A DNA stretch of 18,739 nt from Pseudobdellovibrionaceae bacterium (GCA_041288045.1 JBGGMM010000093.1:1-18739); one strand, 5' to 3'; counted from the stretch's first letter, positions 7,973-16,239 are shown. Notes: a model not told the origin generated them from the letters alone. A program made the numbers and translations.

Positions 7973-9469
7973 TTAAGCAATCTTTTTCATGCGATCAATT
8001 TCAGTGGACGAAAAGGTTCGCGGCAGAACTTTATCGATTTGACTCATTTGACCATTGAAAGAAAGCCAGTTGATGAAAGCAGCAGCTGCAGCCCGATCCG
8101 GAGAAGAAATCAACGGATCGGCAGCTCCCTGGCCAGCATTCATGTAACCCAACTGGGAGCCAGCAGCGCTGGGTGCCGCCGCAGGATTAATGGCAATCAT
8201 GTACATGGCACCACGAACTCCGCCATCACTGGTCCATTCAGCGCCAGCCAAATCCGATTCAGGTGAAGTGGTAGAGCCATCTGTCGAAACAACAATGAAA
8301 GCTTTTTTGCCGAGAGCCATGGCTGTCTGTAAAATCTGGCCAATGATTCGCCCGGCAGTCAGATCGCGGCCATCACCCGTGGTGCGAGTTCCATCATGGT
8401 AATCATATCCACCCATGTTCAAATTGGCGGATCCAGCATTGCCATTCAGGGCATTGAAAACAAGCGAACTAAAAACATAATCTCTTGAATTCATCGCCGT
8501 GTTGTTTTGCAAATTCCAAATGGCGGCGACTTGAGCATTGCCTCTGGGATCGGTGTTGTTGCCGTTGGCAGAACCCACCAAGGCCGTGTTGTCTTGAGTG
8601 CGACAAGTGATCACGCTCTGGAGAAGGTTTCCACTGTTCAGACCGACGTATTTGCTAGCCTGATAGGCTGAGAGCTGTTGAATCGTTTGAAACAGAGTTC
8701 CAGCCCGCTTCGCAGCCACCAGTGGATCTAGACTTCCGCCGACGCCGAGAGCTCCGGTGATGTCTTGGTAATTCGCAACAACCAAAGGTGCCGGAGGAGG
8801 CAAAAAGGCAGGCATTTGTCCAATGCCAGTGGCCGTGTTGGAAGTTCCAAGATTGGCCAAAATTTTTCCGTTCAAGCCCATGCCGCGAGCAAGGCCCGTG
8901 ATATCAAAATTATTTGTCGAAGTGTCATCCTGTGAAGTCACTGAAATTCCCACAAACACACTGGATGAAAGAGTGGAGGCAGCGGCCGTAGCGCGAATTC
9001 CACTCAAGAGGGTGGAACCGCCAAAAAAAGGAGCGCGATTGGCAAATTCAGCATCCGCAGTGAAGGCGTTGGCTTTTCCCCAACCCATTTTTGAATAGGA
9101 GGGGAGCAGATTTCCACCTTGATCCAAAGGCAGCCAGTGAGAGGAAAGATTGGCACCACCAGAAAGATTCAAAGTGATCAGTGGCACCCAGCCACCGGTC
9201 CCGGCGGCGCAGTTGATGGCATTTTGAGCCACTGCAGATTTCGAAAGAAACATCGAAAAAAGAGGCTGACTGAGAAGTGTGCCAGTGAATGAAATCACTC
9301 CAGTCGCCAACAGATCGCGGCGGGTGAGAAGCTTTCCGCCATGGGCCTCTTGATGGGCATTGAGCTTTTGCTGATTTTCAAAAGCCTTTGCTTCCACTTC
9401 TTCTTTGCTCAACGCGGTTTCAATGAGATTCTCTTTGAGATTTTCGTTTTGTTTTTTATTTTTCCCCAT
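7973..9469 (-). CDS. Tat-exported DUF1501-like protein (498 aa)
   Basis: Twin-arginine motif LTRRDLL then a hydrophobic stretch and AVA cleavage-like site; ITLNLSGGAN, GGYDYHDG (compare GGWDTH of DUF1501 proteins) and IVVSTDG motifs; RBS AAGGGG. Confidence 0.75.
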   Translation of the reverse strand: MGKNKKQNENLKENLIETALSKEEVEAKAFENQQKLNAHQEAHGGKLLTRRDLLATGVISFTGTLLSQPLFSMFLSKSAVAQNAINCAAGTGGWVPLITLNLSGGANLSSHWLPLDQGGNLLPSYSKMGWGKANAFTADAEFANRAPFFGGSTLLSGIRATAAASTLSSSVFVGISVTSQDDTSTNNFDITGLARGMGLNGKILANLGTSNTATGIGQMPAFLPPPAPLVVANYQDITGALGVGGSLDPLVAAKRAGTLFQTIQQLSAYQASKYVGLNSGNLLQSVITCRTQDNTALVGSANGNNTDPRGNAQVAAIWNLQNNTAMNSRDYVFSSLVFNALNGNAGSANLNMGGYDYHDGTRTTGDGRDLTAGRIIGQILQTAMALGKKAFIVVSTDGSTTSPESDLAGAEWTSDGGVRGAMYMIAINPAAAPSAAGSQLGYMNAGQGAADPLISSPDRAAAAAFINWLSFNGQMSQIDKVLPRTFSSTEIDRMKKIA

Positions 9470-9490
9470 GGAACTAACCCCTTTTCAATC

Positions 9491-10129
9491 TTAAAGCACC
9501 AATGTGTCCAAAGACGCCAACATGGATGTGCACATAAAAAGTGCTGCATCATGAGCCGTATTGGCCGCATTGGCATTGCCGAAAGACGAGTGAAGTGCGC
9601 CTAAAACAATATCGGCCTCTGCTGAATCCGCATCCCGTGACCAACAAGATCTGGAGATTCGAGACAGAACGTCGCGAAGAGCTGTGTCCGCTGGGAGAGT
9701 GGTGGATGTCAGATTGTAGCCGATGAAAATTCTGGGAGTTCCAGATCTTTCTGCATCAATCAGATCTCTGCAAACTTCACCAGCAATCGAAGCTGAGGCC
9801 ATGAGCATCGGAGCAGTCACAGTTTTCACTGCTCCTGTTTCGGACACAGTTCCGGCTTTTGCCGCGTACATTTGCAAAGTTCGATCCGAAGGAAGGCCTG
9901 ATCCCAGGCAAGTGGTGTAATGATCTAGAATCTGCTTGGAATAGACCGTCGCCACAGTTTTGGTATCCGGAAGCAGAGTGGGATCATCTTCACTCGCTAA
10001 AGAGAATTCGCCTCCGACTGATTTCATGTCCACCAGTTCCCAGCGCCCGCAGCCTTGTCCGAGACCCAGAATGATCAAAGCGCCAGAAGCCAGAGCCGCT
10101 GTGAGTCTGACAATTGTTTTCTTTGTCAT
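9491..10129 (-). CDS. Cys-containing helical lipoprotein of unknown function (212 aa)
   Basis: ATG at 10129 behind GGAGA, overlapping the upstream stop (ATGA); lipobox LGQGC; four further Cys (TTCL, EVCR, RSCW, FMCT). Confidence 0.85.
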   Translation of the reverse strand: MTKKTIVRLTAALASGALIILGLGQGCGRWELVDMKSVGGEFSLASEDDPTLLPDTKTVATVYSKQILDHYTTCLGSGLPSDRTLQMYAAKAGTVSETGAVKTVTAPMLMASASIAGEVCRDLIDAERSGTPRIFIGYNLTSTTLPADTALRDVLSRISRSCWSRDADSAEADIVLGALHSSFGNANAANTAHDAALFMCTSMLASLDTLVL

Positions 10130-12393
10130 CGCAATTCTCCCAGGCAATTGGTGGTGGTGACGATTTTCTTAAAGAGATAATCCAATTTGTACTGTCCGTC
10201 GGTTTCAAATTCTTTGGCGGCCGTGGTGATCAGCGATTGATCAAAGCTCTGCGGTTCGCGTTTGCAAACACTGGCAAAAACTCTCTGAGCCAAACACTTT
10301 GAGTACTGAGCGGATTCGGAAACCATGCGACCGAACTCTTTCACTCCTCGGCCAGCCGTTGGGCCTCTCCAGCCAAAATAGCCCATGCCCCAAGTGTCAA
10401 TGGTGGCATTTTGAAATGAGTTGTCAGTGATCACTCGGCCATTGGGAAAGACCTGCTCATTGTGATTCATCTTGGTCGCTACAAAAGAAACGTTTCCGAG
10501 ATTTGGCAGATTGGTCAGTGCCGGATCATTGTTTTTAAGACCTGCCAACATTCCCATGGAAGTGTCTTCGTTATTGGCGTTGGCAGGAAGCCTTGGCACC
10601 ATGAACGAATGCTTGGCAAATCCATTTGAAAAAGTGAAGTAGGCAAAGGCCCCTCGCAGCGGATCCATTTGCGAATGGCAAGACCTGCAGTTGGAAGTGA
10701 ATTTCGTGTGGCTGCCGCCAGGGAAGCGATCCACATCACGACCAATCATGGCGTCACTGCCCGAAGAATTGGACCAGCGATCAATCGGAGTGCAAAGAAA
10801 TTCGCGGAAAGTGTATTCGACAAGCCGTCGGTTGGTTCCAGCCACAGCATGTGCGGCCATAAAAGCTCTTGAAGTCAGAAGGCCGGCCGGGTCGGGATGG
10901 GCAACATCGACAGTGCCGTTAAAGACCCTTTGGCCGTCTTTTCGAACCAACACTTTGGCAAGATCAAAGCCCCCAGCTTGCAAAGATTCATAGTGACGAT
11001 TGGATGTGAGCAGATCGCGCACAGCATGCGAAGGGACGGCCGCTTTGGTTGGATCGGCCATATAAAAGTAGTTTCCAGTGAGAAGTGTTCTGGCGTCCAA
11101 TTTGTCTCTGACAGCGCCAATCATGGTGGCTGTGAAATCATTGAGAGAAGTCGAAATCGTCTCTTCACGGGTTGACATTTTCGCTGCCATATCGCGAACA
11201 GTGATATTGAGAAATCCCGGATTTTGAGTGGCAATTCCTGCAGCCGCAAAAGAATTTCCCTGATCAATCAATTCAGCCATTTGTTGAATGACTGGATCGG
11301 TGACCGGAGTTCGAAGCCCGACAATGCGCTCATAAATTGTCTGTGCCTGCTGCATTGAAGTTGTGATGCGTGAATTGATATCAATCGAAAGAAGATTCGG
11401 CGGCACCAGGCGAGGGGCGCCAGAGCCTAGGATTTCGGCTTCAGTCAAAGCCCGACAGTAAATGGCCATCATATAGATTTTTCCCACCCAGGGCCAGTGA
11501 CGGCTGTGCTTGGAGGCGCTTTCCCCACCAGCTGTGGGCTTTGAAATATCCAAGAGTCCGCTGGGCTCATTGCCGATGGCCAGGCGCATATCCAAGGCTC
11601 TGGTTACAGATCCCGAAGAATCGTCTGGAGTGTCATAAGTGACATTGGTGCCGGAAGAATGCCAGTTGGAAAAATTGCCGTTAAAGCCATCATTCGCCAC
11701 AAAGGGGCCTGTGTCATTGCCATTTTCATCCGAGTTGTAAAGTCGGGCTACGCCGCCAGCTGTGCGTACCAGGTAGACGTGTTGTTTTTTTCCAAGCAGG
11801 AAATTTTCTCTCGGCGAGAGGAGGTAATTCACATAATCACCATTGCGGTTCTCTAAGTTATTGGAGTTTCCAGTGGTGCGAGTGGTGCCGCGGTAAGCGT
11901 CTCCCATATTGTAAAACTGCTGCAATGAAAAATTGTGGAATTCTTTAAAGTAAGTATCGGCCAAAGAGACAAAGCGAAGCCCCTGCTTGAAAGTTCCAGC
12001 TGCCAGGTCGTCATCTTCGTGATTGGCCAACTTTTCAGAAGGTGTTCGGCTTTCCACCCACATTTCAATCGTCATGGCATTGGAGGCTTTGCAGGCATTG
12101 ATGATCTTATCTGCTGAAGCCACCGAGCGGATGATATTGGGCTCAACAATTTCTAAATGGTCAGCTTGGATGTTGTAAAGAGCATTGGGTCTTAAGATTT
12201 GCAAATTCAGAGGATTCGGTGCCAGATCCCGGATGATTCCTGTAGCCGCTTCAATATTGGCTGGTTGAAAAACGTAGAGAGAAATCGCCGAATCACGAGT
12301 CGACCCGTTGCCATTTGAATCCAATGCCAAAGCGGCGCTGGGGACTGTCACTGTCAGACAAAATGTCAGAAGCCTTTGAAATCTTGGCATCAT
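10126..12393 (-). CDS. Secreted LamG-like + monohaem DUF1588/DUF1585-like protein (755 aa)
   Basis: Signal peptide ending AALA; N-terminal LamG-like motifs (MTIEMWV; WVGKIYMMAIYCRALTEAEI); C-terminal half has AGLLTSRAF...NRR...FREFLC...CRSCHSQMDPL (CxxCH at 10675-10689) and GVKEFGRMV...CLAQRVF...LFKKIV, resembling PSCyt3/DUF1588 and DUF1585. Confidence 0.82.
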   Translation of the reverse strand: MMPRFQRLLTFCLTVTVPSAALALDSNGNGSTRDSAISLYVFQPANIEAATGIIRDLAPNPLNLQILRPNALYNIQADHLEIVEPNIIRSVASADKIINACKASNAMTIEMWVESRTPSEKLANHEDDDLAAGTFKQGLRFVSLADTYFKEFHNFSLQQFYNMGDAYRGTTRTTGNSNNLENRNGDYVNYLLSPRENFLLGKKQHVYLVRTAGGVARLYNSDENGNDTGPFVANDGFNGNFSNWHSSGTNVTYDTPDDSSGSVTRALDMRLAIGNEPSGLLDISKPTAGGESASKHSRHWPWVGKIYMMAIYCRALTEAEILGSGAPRLVPPNLLSIDINSRITTSMQQAQTIYERIVGLRTPVTDPVIQQMAELIDQGNSFAAAGIATQNPGFLNITVRDMAAKMSTREETISTSLNDFTATMIGAVRDKLDARTLLTGNYFYMADPTKAAVPSHAVRDLLTSNRHYESLQAGGFDLAKVLVRKDGQRVFNGTVDVAHPDPAGLLTSRAFMAAHAVAGTNRRLVEYTFREFLCTPIDRWSNSSGSDAMIGRDVDRFPGGSHTKFTSNCRSCHSQMDPLRGAFAYFTFSNGFAKHSFMVPRLPANANNEDTSMGMLAGLKNNDPALTNLPNLGNVSFVATKMNHNEQVFPNGRVITDNSFQNATIDTWGMGYFGWRGPTAGRGVKEFGRMVSESAQYSKCLAQRVFASVCKREPQSFDQSLITTAAKEFETDGQYKLDYLFKKIVTTTNCLGELR

Positions 12394-12408
12394 TCCCCCA
12401 AAAAAACT

Positions 12409-14220
12409 TTAGGGAATCACTGTTGACAGCAAGCTCGCAGAGCCTGAGTTGTTCAGTGGTTCCGCATTGATCCTGGCGCCGACAGCAAAGAAATTTCCGG
12501 ATGTCGAGACACTGGATCCAAATCGATCATTCGCCGCTCCCTTTAAAGAGACCACGCGACGAGAGAAAACATGATTTGCGCCACTTGCTTTGAAGTGGTC
12601 CACGGCACCGGCTTGAGTCCTAGCGTCCGGTGCACCGATGAAAATTCCGGCAGTGCCCATGGCAACCGAAGAGCCAAATCGGCTGAGATTGGTGTTGGTT
12701 GGATCATCCAGCATTTGCAGACTGCGATCGGCTTTAACGACAATTGCCAGACCCGGTCGGCTGGTGGCGCTTCGCTCGTAGCCCGGAGCTCCGACAACGA
12801 CGATGCCATTGTGAATGGCAACAGCAGCTCCCAATTCAGATCCCAATCCCACAGTCAGCATAGCTGTTCCTGTGCCGGCTGAATTGGTGACTGTCAGATT
12901 GGATTTGGTGCTTGAAGTGCGAAGCGCCGTGGTGACTTCGCTGCCACTTTGATAAAGGAAAATTTCTCCACTGAGAGTGTCCCGGTAAAGCGGACTTCCG
13001 GGAGCTCCGACAGCCAAAAGAGTTCCTTGAACAGCCACAGCAGCCCCAAAATAAATTCGATTGCTGATCGGACTTGCGATTCGAGCTGTTTGATTCAGAC
13101 TGGCGAGATCATACAGGTACACAGCTCCGGCATCGGTGTTTTCACCGGGCGCGCCGACAGCCAATTGAGTGGCATCGACAGACACTGACCAGCCGAAGCG
13201 GCCGCTGGCTACGCTCCCTGAAATCTTTCGCACTTGCGAGAAAGTGGCGCCGCTTCGGCGAAAGACATGCACAGCTCCCATATTGGAATTATTTTTTGCA
13301 GAGCCAATCACCAGGACATCGCCCTTCAAAGCCAAAGCTTGAGGCGAATCCTCAGGAGCGCCGCGATCCGAAGTGACAGAAGTGTCTTCAGTGCGAAGGA
13401 TCTGGGTGCGAGTCCAAGTGTTCGCACCAGAGAGCTGGTAAATGTGCACGGCTCCCGTGTTGCCATTGCCGTTGGTGACTCCGTCATCACCAGAAGCTAG
13501 AAGAGCTGCTGTCGATCCGTCAATGGCCACGGCCGAACCGAGCTGATCGAAAGCGTCCAAGGATTCAGCAACAATCTGTTCAGGGTAGCAGTTGTTTTTA
13601 AATGTCACTGTCAGTGTTTGTGCCGGTGAACGTTTGCTGGCATCTGCCACACTTTGTAAAAAGACGCTGAAAGTTTCAGTGCCTTCATAGCATTTCATTG
13701 TGGTGTCGTTGTCATTGGCGCCAAAAGTGATGTTGGTGCTTTGTCCAGGAGCCAAAGTTCCGTTCGGTGCTCGCAGAATGTTAATGCCGTTCATGTCCAC
13801 AGCGACTCGATTGCCCGAATCATCAAGAGCGCGAAGAGTGCCGCCGGTTCGTCTTTGAAAAACGACGGTTGCGCCTTGGTTGCAATTGGCACCGACCGAA
13901 GCTGAAAGGTACTGAAGAGAAATTTGCGCTGAATTGCTTCGGCCGCCATTGGCTCCGGTTCCGGAAAGCACAGTCAGTGAAGCGCCAGAAAGTGGGCCTG
14001 CACTGGGAGGGTTGACTGTGCTGAGATTGCAAGTGGGAACTCCGCCTGGAGGAATTGTAGTTGGGGGAGTGCTGCCAGTGCCTGAGCCATCATTCGAGCC
14101 CAGGCTGCTACTTCCGGAAGAGGGAGAAGAAGTCTCCCAATTTTGTCCAATGCAGTTTTGAAATGCTAAGAGCAGAAGTGATGTGAGCGCGATCCACTTG
14201 ATGCGGTCCCTGTTCTTCAA
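12409..14220 (-). CDS. Lipoprotein with a seven-bladed FG-GAP (integrin-alpha-like) beta-propeller (603 aa; 612 aa if ATG 14247 is used)
   Basis: Lipobox LAFQNC; Ser/Gly/Pro linker; four-Cys N-terminal domain; seven repeats of (F/L)GxxVA.....L.VGAP....GAV. TTG at 14220 has AGGGGG 6 nt upstream, while ATG 14247 has no SD. Confidence 0.88.
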   Translation of the reverse strand: MKNRDRIKWIALTSLLLLAFQNCIGQNWETSSPSSGSSSLGSNDGSGTGSTPPTTIPPGGVPTCNLSTVNPPSAGPLSGASLTVLSGTGANGGRSNSAQISLQYLSASVGANCNQGATVVFQRRTGGTLRALDDSGNRVAVDMNGINILRAPNGTLAPGQSTNITFGANDNDTTMKCYEGTETFSVFLQSVADASKRSPAQTLTVTFKNNCYPEQIVAESLDAFDQLGSAVAIDGSTAALLASGDDGVTNGNGNTGAVHIYQLSGANTWTRTQILRTEDTSVTSDRGAPEDSPQALALKGDVLVIGSAKNNSNMGAVHVFRRSGATFSQVRKISGSVASGRFGWSVSVDATQLAVGAPGENTDAGAVYLYDLASLNQTARIASPISNRIYFGAAVAVQGTLLAVGAPGSPLYRDTLSGEIFLYQSGSEVTTALRTSSTKSNLTVTNSAGTGTAMLTVGLGSELGAAVAIHNGIVVVGAPGYERSATSRPGLAIVVKADRSLQMLDDPTNTNLSRFGSSVAMGTAGIFIGAPDARTQAGAVDHFKASGANHVFSRRVVSLKGAANDRFGSSVSTSGNFFAVGARINAEPLNNSGSASLLSTVIP

Positions 14221-14243
14221 ACCATTCCCCCTGGACAAAAGAC

Positions 14244-14270
14244 TCATCGGACAATTCCGCGAAATCCCTA
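14244..14270 (-). promoter_or_regulatory. Candidate sigma28 (FliA)-type promoter for the six-gene operon
   Basis: Minus strand TAGG-N15-TCCGATGA versus consensus TAAA-N15-GCCGATAA; its -10 covers ATG 14247, consistent with the TTG 14220 start. Confidence 0.4.
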
Positions 14271-14288
14271 AGCCTTTGGGCTAGAAAA

Positions 14289-14304
14289 TGCAAAGCCCAG
14301 GCCC
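14289..14304 (-). promoter_or_regulatory. Candidate sigma54 -24/-12 promoter
   Basis: Minus strand GGGCCTGGGCTTTGCA has the GG-N10-GC spacing and a TTGCA -12 element (consensus TGGCACGNNNNTTGCW); the -24 box is imperfect. Confidence 0.35.
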
Positions 14305-14354
14305 TCTCAGCTTCCGAGTGCGAGGGCCGGCTGGTCGGTGTTTGAAGAGATTTT

Positions 14355-14371
14355 TGTTTCAGAATGAAACA
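14355..14371. promoter_or_regulatory. Perfect palindrome TGTTTCA-GAA-TGAAACA (TGT-N11-ACA), probable regulator binding site
   Basis: 7-3-7 dyad in the intergenic region upstream of the operon; a related 17-mer TGTC-N9-GACA lies at 15193-15209 upstream of the next gene. Confidence 0.5.
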
Positions 14372-14442
14372 GTCTTGAGACCGAAAAACTGGCTAGAGTT
14401 CGGTCGGTGGATAGAGCTTGGGCAGAGCTCATCAATTTCGCT

Positions 14443-15123
14443 TTAGAAACTAGCGCCTAAATAAAAACGCAGTCCCTGACCTGTCAGATCAGTGACCAAT
14501 GTCTTTTTGTCTTTTTCCAATCGATTGCGATCGATTTGATCGATATTTCCACCCAATTCTTCATTCTTAATTGTGTGAGTCAGAGGTTGAGTGGCGCCAA
14601 TCCAATCGCAACCCATGGTGAAATTCTCCCATTGCCACTGATTTCCAATGACGATGGATGCGCCCAGTGAGTCAGCAGTGAATTTCATTGAGCTGTCGTA
14701 GTCCGATACAAAAATGCCATCGTAATTGTATTTATAGTCTATGTGGCGTTGATCCAATCCAACCCGAGCGTAAAAGCTGTTTCCAAAAAATCGTTTGTAA
14801 TGAAGGCCAAAGGAAGTCCCTGTCACGTCATAATTATCTAAAAATAAATTATTATCGCCGGTTCTTCCGCTGGTGACATCAGCCATGATCATGGAATTCC
14901 GATCCAAGAAATAACCAACTGACAAACCGCCCCCAGTCGTTGCTGTGGGATTCGCCCCAAAGAGCTGAGCTGAAATTTGATAGGATTTGTTCATTCGATT
15001 GTATTCAGAGGAATCTTCGTAAATCGCCTTTGGTTTGGCAATGATGGAAAGATTTTCCTCAGCCGCCGCTGCGAAGGTTAATTGGGCGGCAAGAAGGGTC
15101 AGGGTTAGGCTCATGAGTTTCAT
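14443..15123 (-). CDS. Outer-membrane beta-barrel protein (226 aa)
   Basis: RBS AGAGGA; signal peptide MKLMSLTLTLLAAQLTFA; amphipathic strands (GLSVGYFL, FGLHYKRF, FYARVGLD, IGNQWQW); C-terminal LRFYLGASF with terminal Phe. Confidence 0.85.
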   Translation of the reverse strand: MKLMSLTLTLLAAQLTFAAAAEENLSIIAKPKAIYEDSSEYNRMNKSYQISAQLFGANPTATTGGGLSVGYFLDRNSMIMADVTSGRTGDNNLFLDNYDVTGTSFGLHYKRFFGNSFYARVGLDQRHIDYKYNYDGIFVSDYDSSMKFTADSLGASIVIGNQWQWENFTMGCDWIGATQPLTHTIKNEELGGNIDQIDRNRLEKDKKTLVTDLTGQGLRFYLGASF

Positions 15124-15243
15124 ACTGTGATTTCCTCTCTGGATTTAAAATCGAAAGAGCAGACTTTACCAGAGCTTGATGATATTGGCCTCTGTCAGAA
15201 AAATAGACACTAAAAATTTCCTGTTGAACTTTTTGTTGGAAAA

Positions 15244-15504
15244 TTATTCCTTCGGATCGTGCTCGATTCGCTGTTCAACCGGCTTTCCGCCCTTGATACT
15301 AATCACAGCCGCAAGTCCAATGGTCAGAAGAATCGTTAGGCTGATGTGGAATTGAAAAGAATAAAAGAGAGAAAAAAGTCCGCAGAACAAAGGGTATCCG
15401 CCGATGATAAATCCATAACCTAAAATCGTCGCCCAACCTTTGTTGTTGATCGGAGTCCATAGCCAACTGTTTTTCTTTGCTTTGAACCAGAGCTCATTGT
15501 TCAT
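15244..15504 (-). CDS. Small two-TM membrane protein with Trp-rich N-terminus (86 aa)
   Basis: ATG at 15504 behind AGGAAGG; WFKAKKNSWLWTPINNKGW motif followed by two hydrophobic segments. Confidence 0.7.
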   Translation of the reverse strand: MNNELWFKAKKNSWLWTPINNKGWATILGYGFIIGGYPLFCGLFSLFYSFQFHISLTILLTIGLAAVISIKGGKPVEQRIEHDPKE

Positions 15505-15617
15505 CGTTTGACCTTCCTGGGTTTTGCTGATGAATTGCAGAAGGATGGTGAGAGCAACAGCAGCTGAGCGAAAGTGAGACCAGAAAGATGTTCCCACTTC
15601 AGTTGATGTGGCAACAT
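15501..15617 (-). CDS. Possible 38-aa leader ORF coupled (ATGA) to the 86-aa gene
   Basis: AAGGA 4 nt before ATG 15617; MLPHQLKWEHLSGLTFAQLLLLSPSFCNSSAKPRKVKR; its stop overlaps the downstream start. Confidence 0.3.
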   Translation of the reverse strand: MLPHQLKWEHLSGLTFAQLLLLSPSFCNSSAKPRKVKR

Positions 15618-15851
15618 CTCATCCTTTTTGAACTTTTTTACTTTATAAGGTTCTCGTATTCTTTTTGAAATGGCCAGAGGCAAATGCAGGCTAACGACAT
15701 AAATCGATGAATGGGTGCTCTGAAGAATTTCTTGACTTGAATGATGTCAAAAAATCCAGTTGGAAAATGAAAGTTTGCTCAGAATCAAAGTTTCAAATGC
15801 TAGACAGGGAACCAGTGATTTGCGAAGCTAGTGAATTCCAGAGGGGGATAA

Positions 15852-16184
15852 ATGTCATTGATTCGTTCCATTTTCGTTGTTGCTTGTTTGTTGATGGCTT
15901 GTGGTTTTGCGGGTGCTTCGCTAACGGAAGGGATGGAAATCAAAGCTGAGCAAATTGATAAAAACGAATTCACAAATGTGACGACCCTGAAAAAGGGTCG
16001 AATTGTTCAAGCTGATAATCAGCTTTCGGCTGATGAAATTGTTTTGATGCCTCAAACAAGCTCGATCATTGCCAGTGGCAACTGTCAGTACCAGGACGGA
16101 AAGAAAAATATCAAAGCGCCCAAAATGGTTTTTAAAATCCAAAATGGGCAGTGGATCTACATGAAAGAAACAGGCAAACTTTAA
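15852..16184 (+). CDS. Small periplasmic OstA/LptA-like beta-jellyroll protein (110 aa)
   Basis: RBS GAGGGGG; signal peptide; repeats IKAEQI, LSADEI, IKAPKM and IIASGN, typical of the OstA (LptA / LptD N-terminal) fold. Confidence 0.7.
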   Translation: MSLIRSIFVVACLLMACGFAGASLTEGMEIKAEQIDKNEFTNVTTLKKGRIVQADNQLSADEIVLMPQTSSIIASGNCQYQDGKKNIKAPKMVFKIQNGQWIYMKETGKL

Positions 16185-16239
16185 AACAGATAGCCTAAAG
16201 TCAAACCGGTCAGGCCCGTGGTGGTGGCAAGTGCAGGCC

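Noticed and set aside
7973..9469. Calling this gene gspF (type II secretion)
   Set aside because: No multi-TM GspF architecture and no other T2SS genes; it has a Tat signal and DUF1501-like motifs.
14414..14430. Hairpin GAGCT..AGCTC as terminator of the 226-aa barrel gene
   Set aside because: Short stem and no U-tract on the minus strand.
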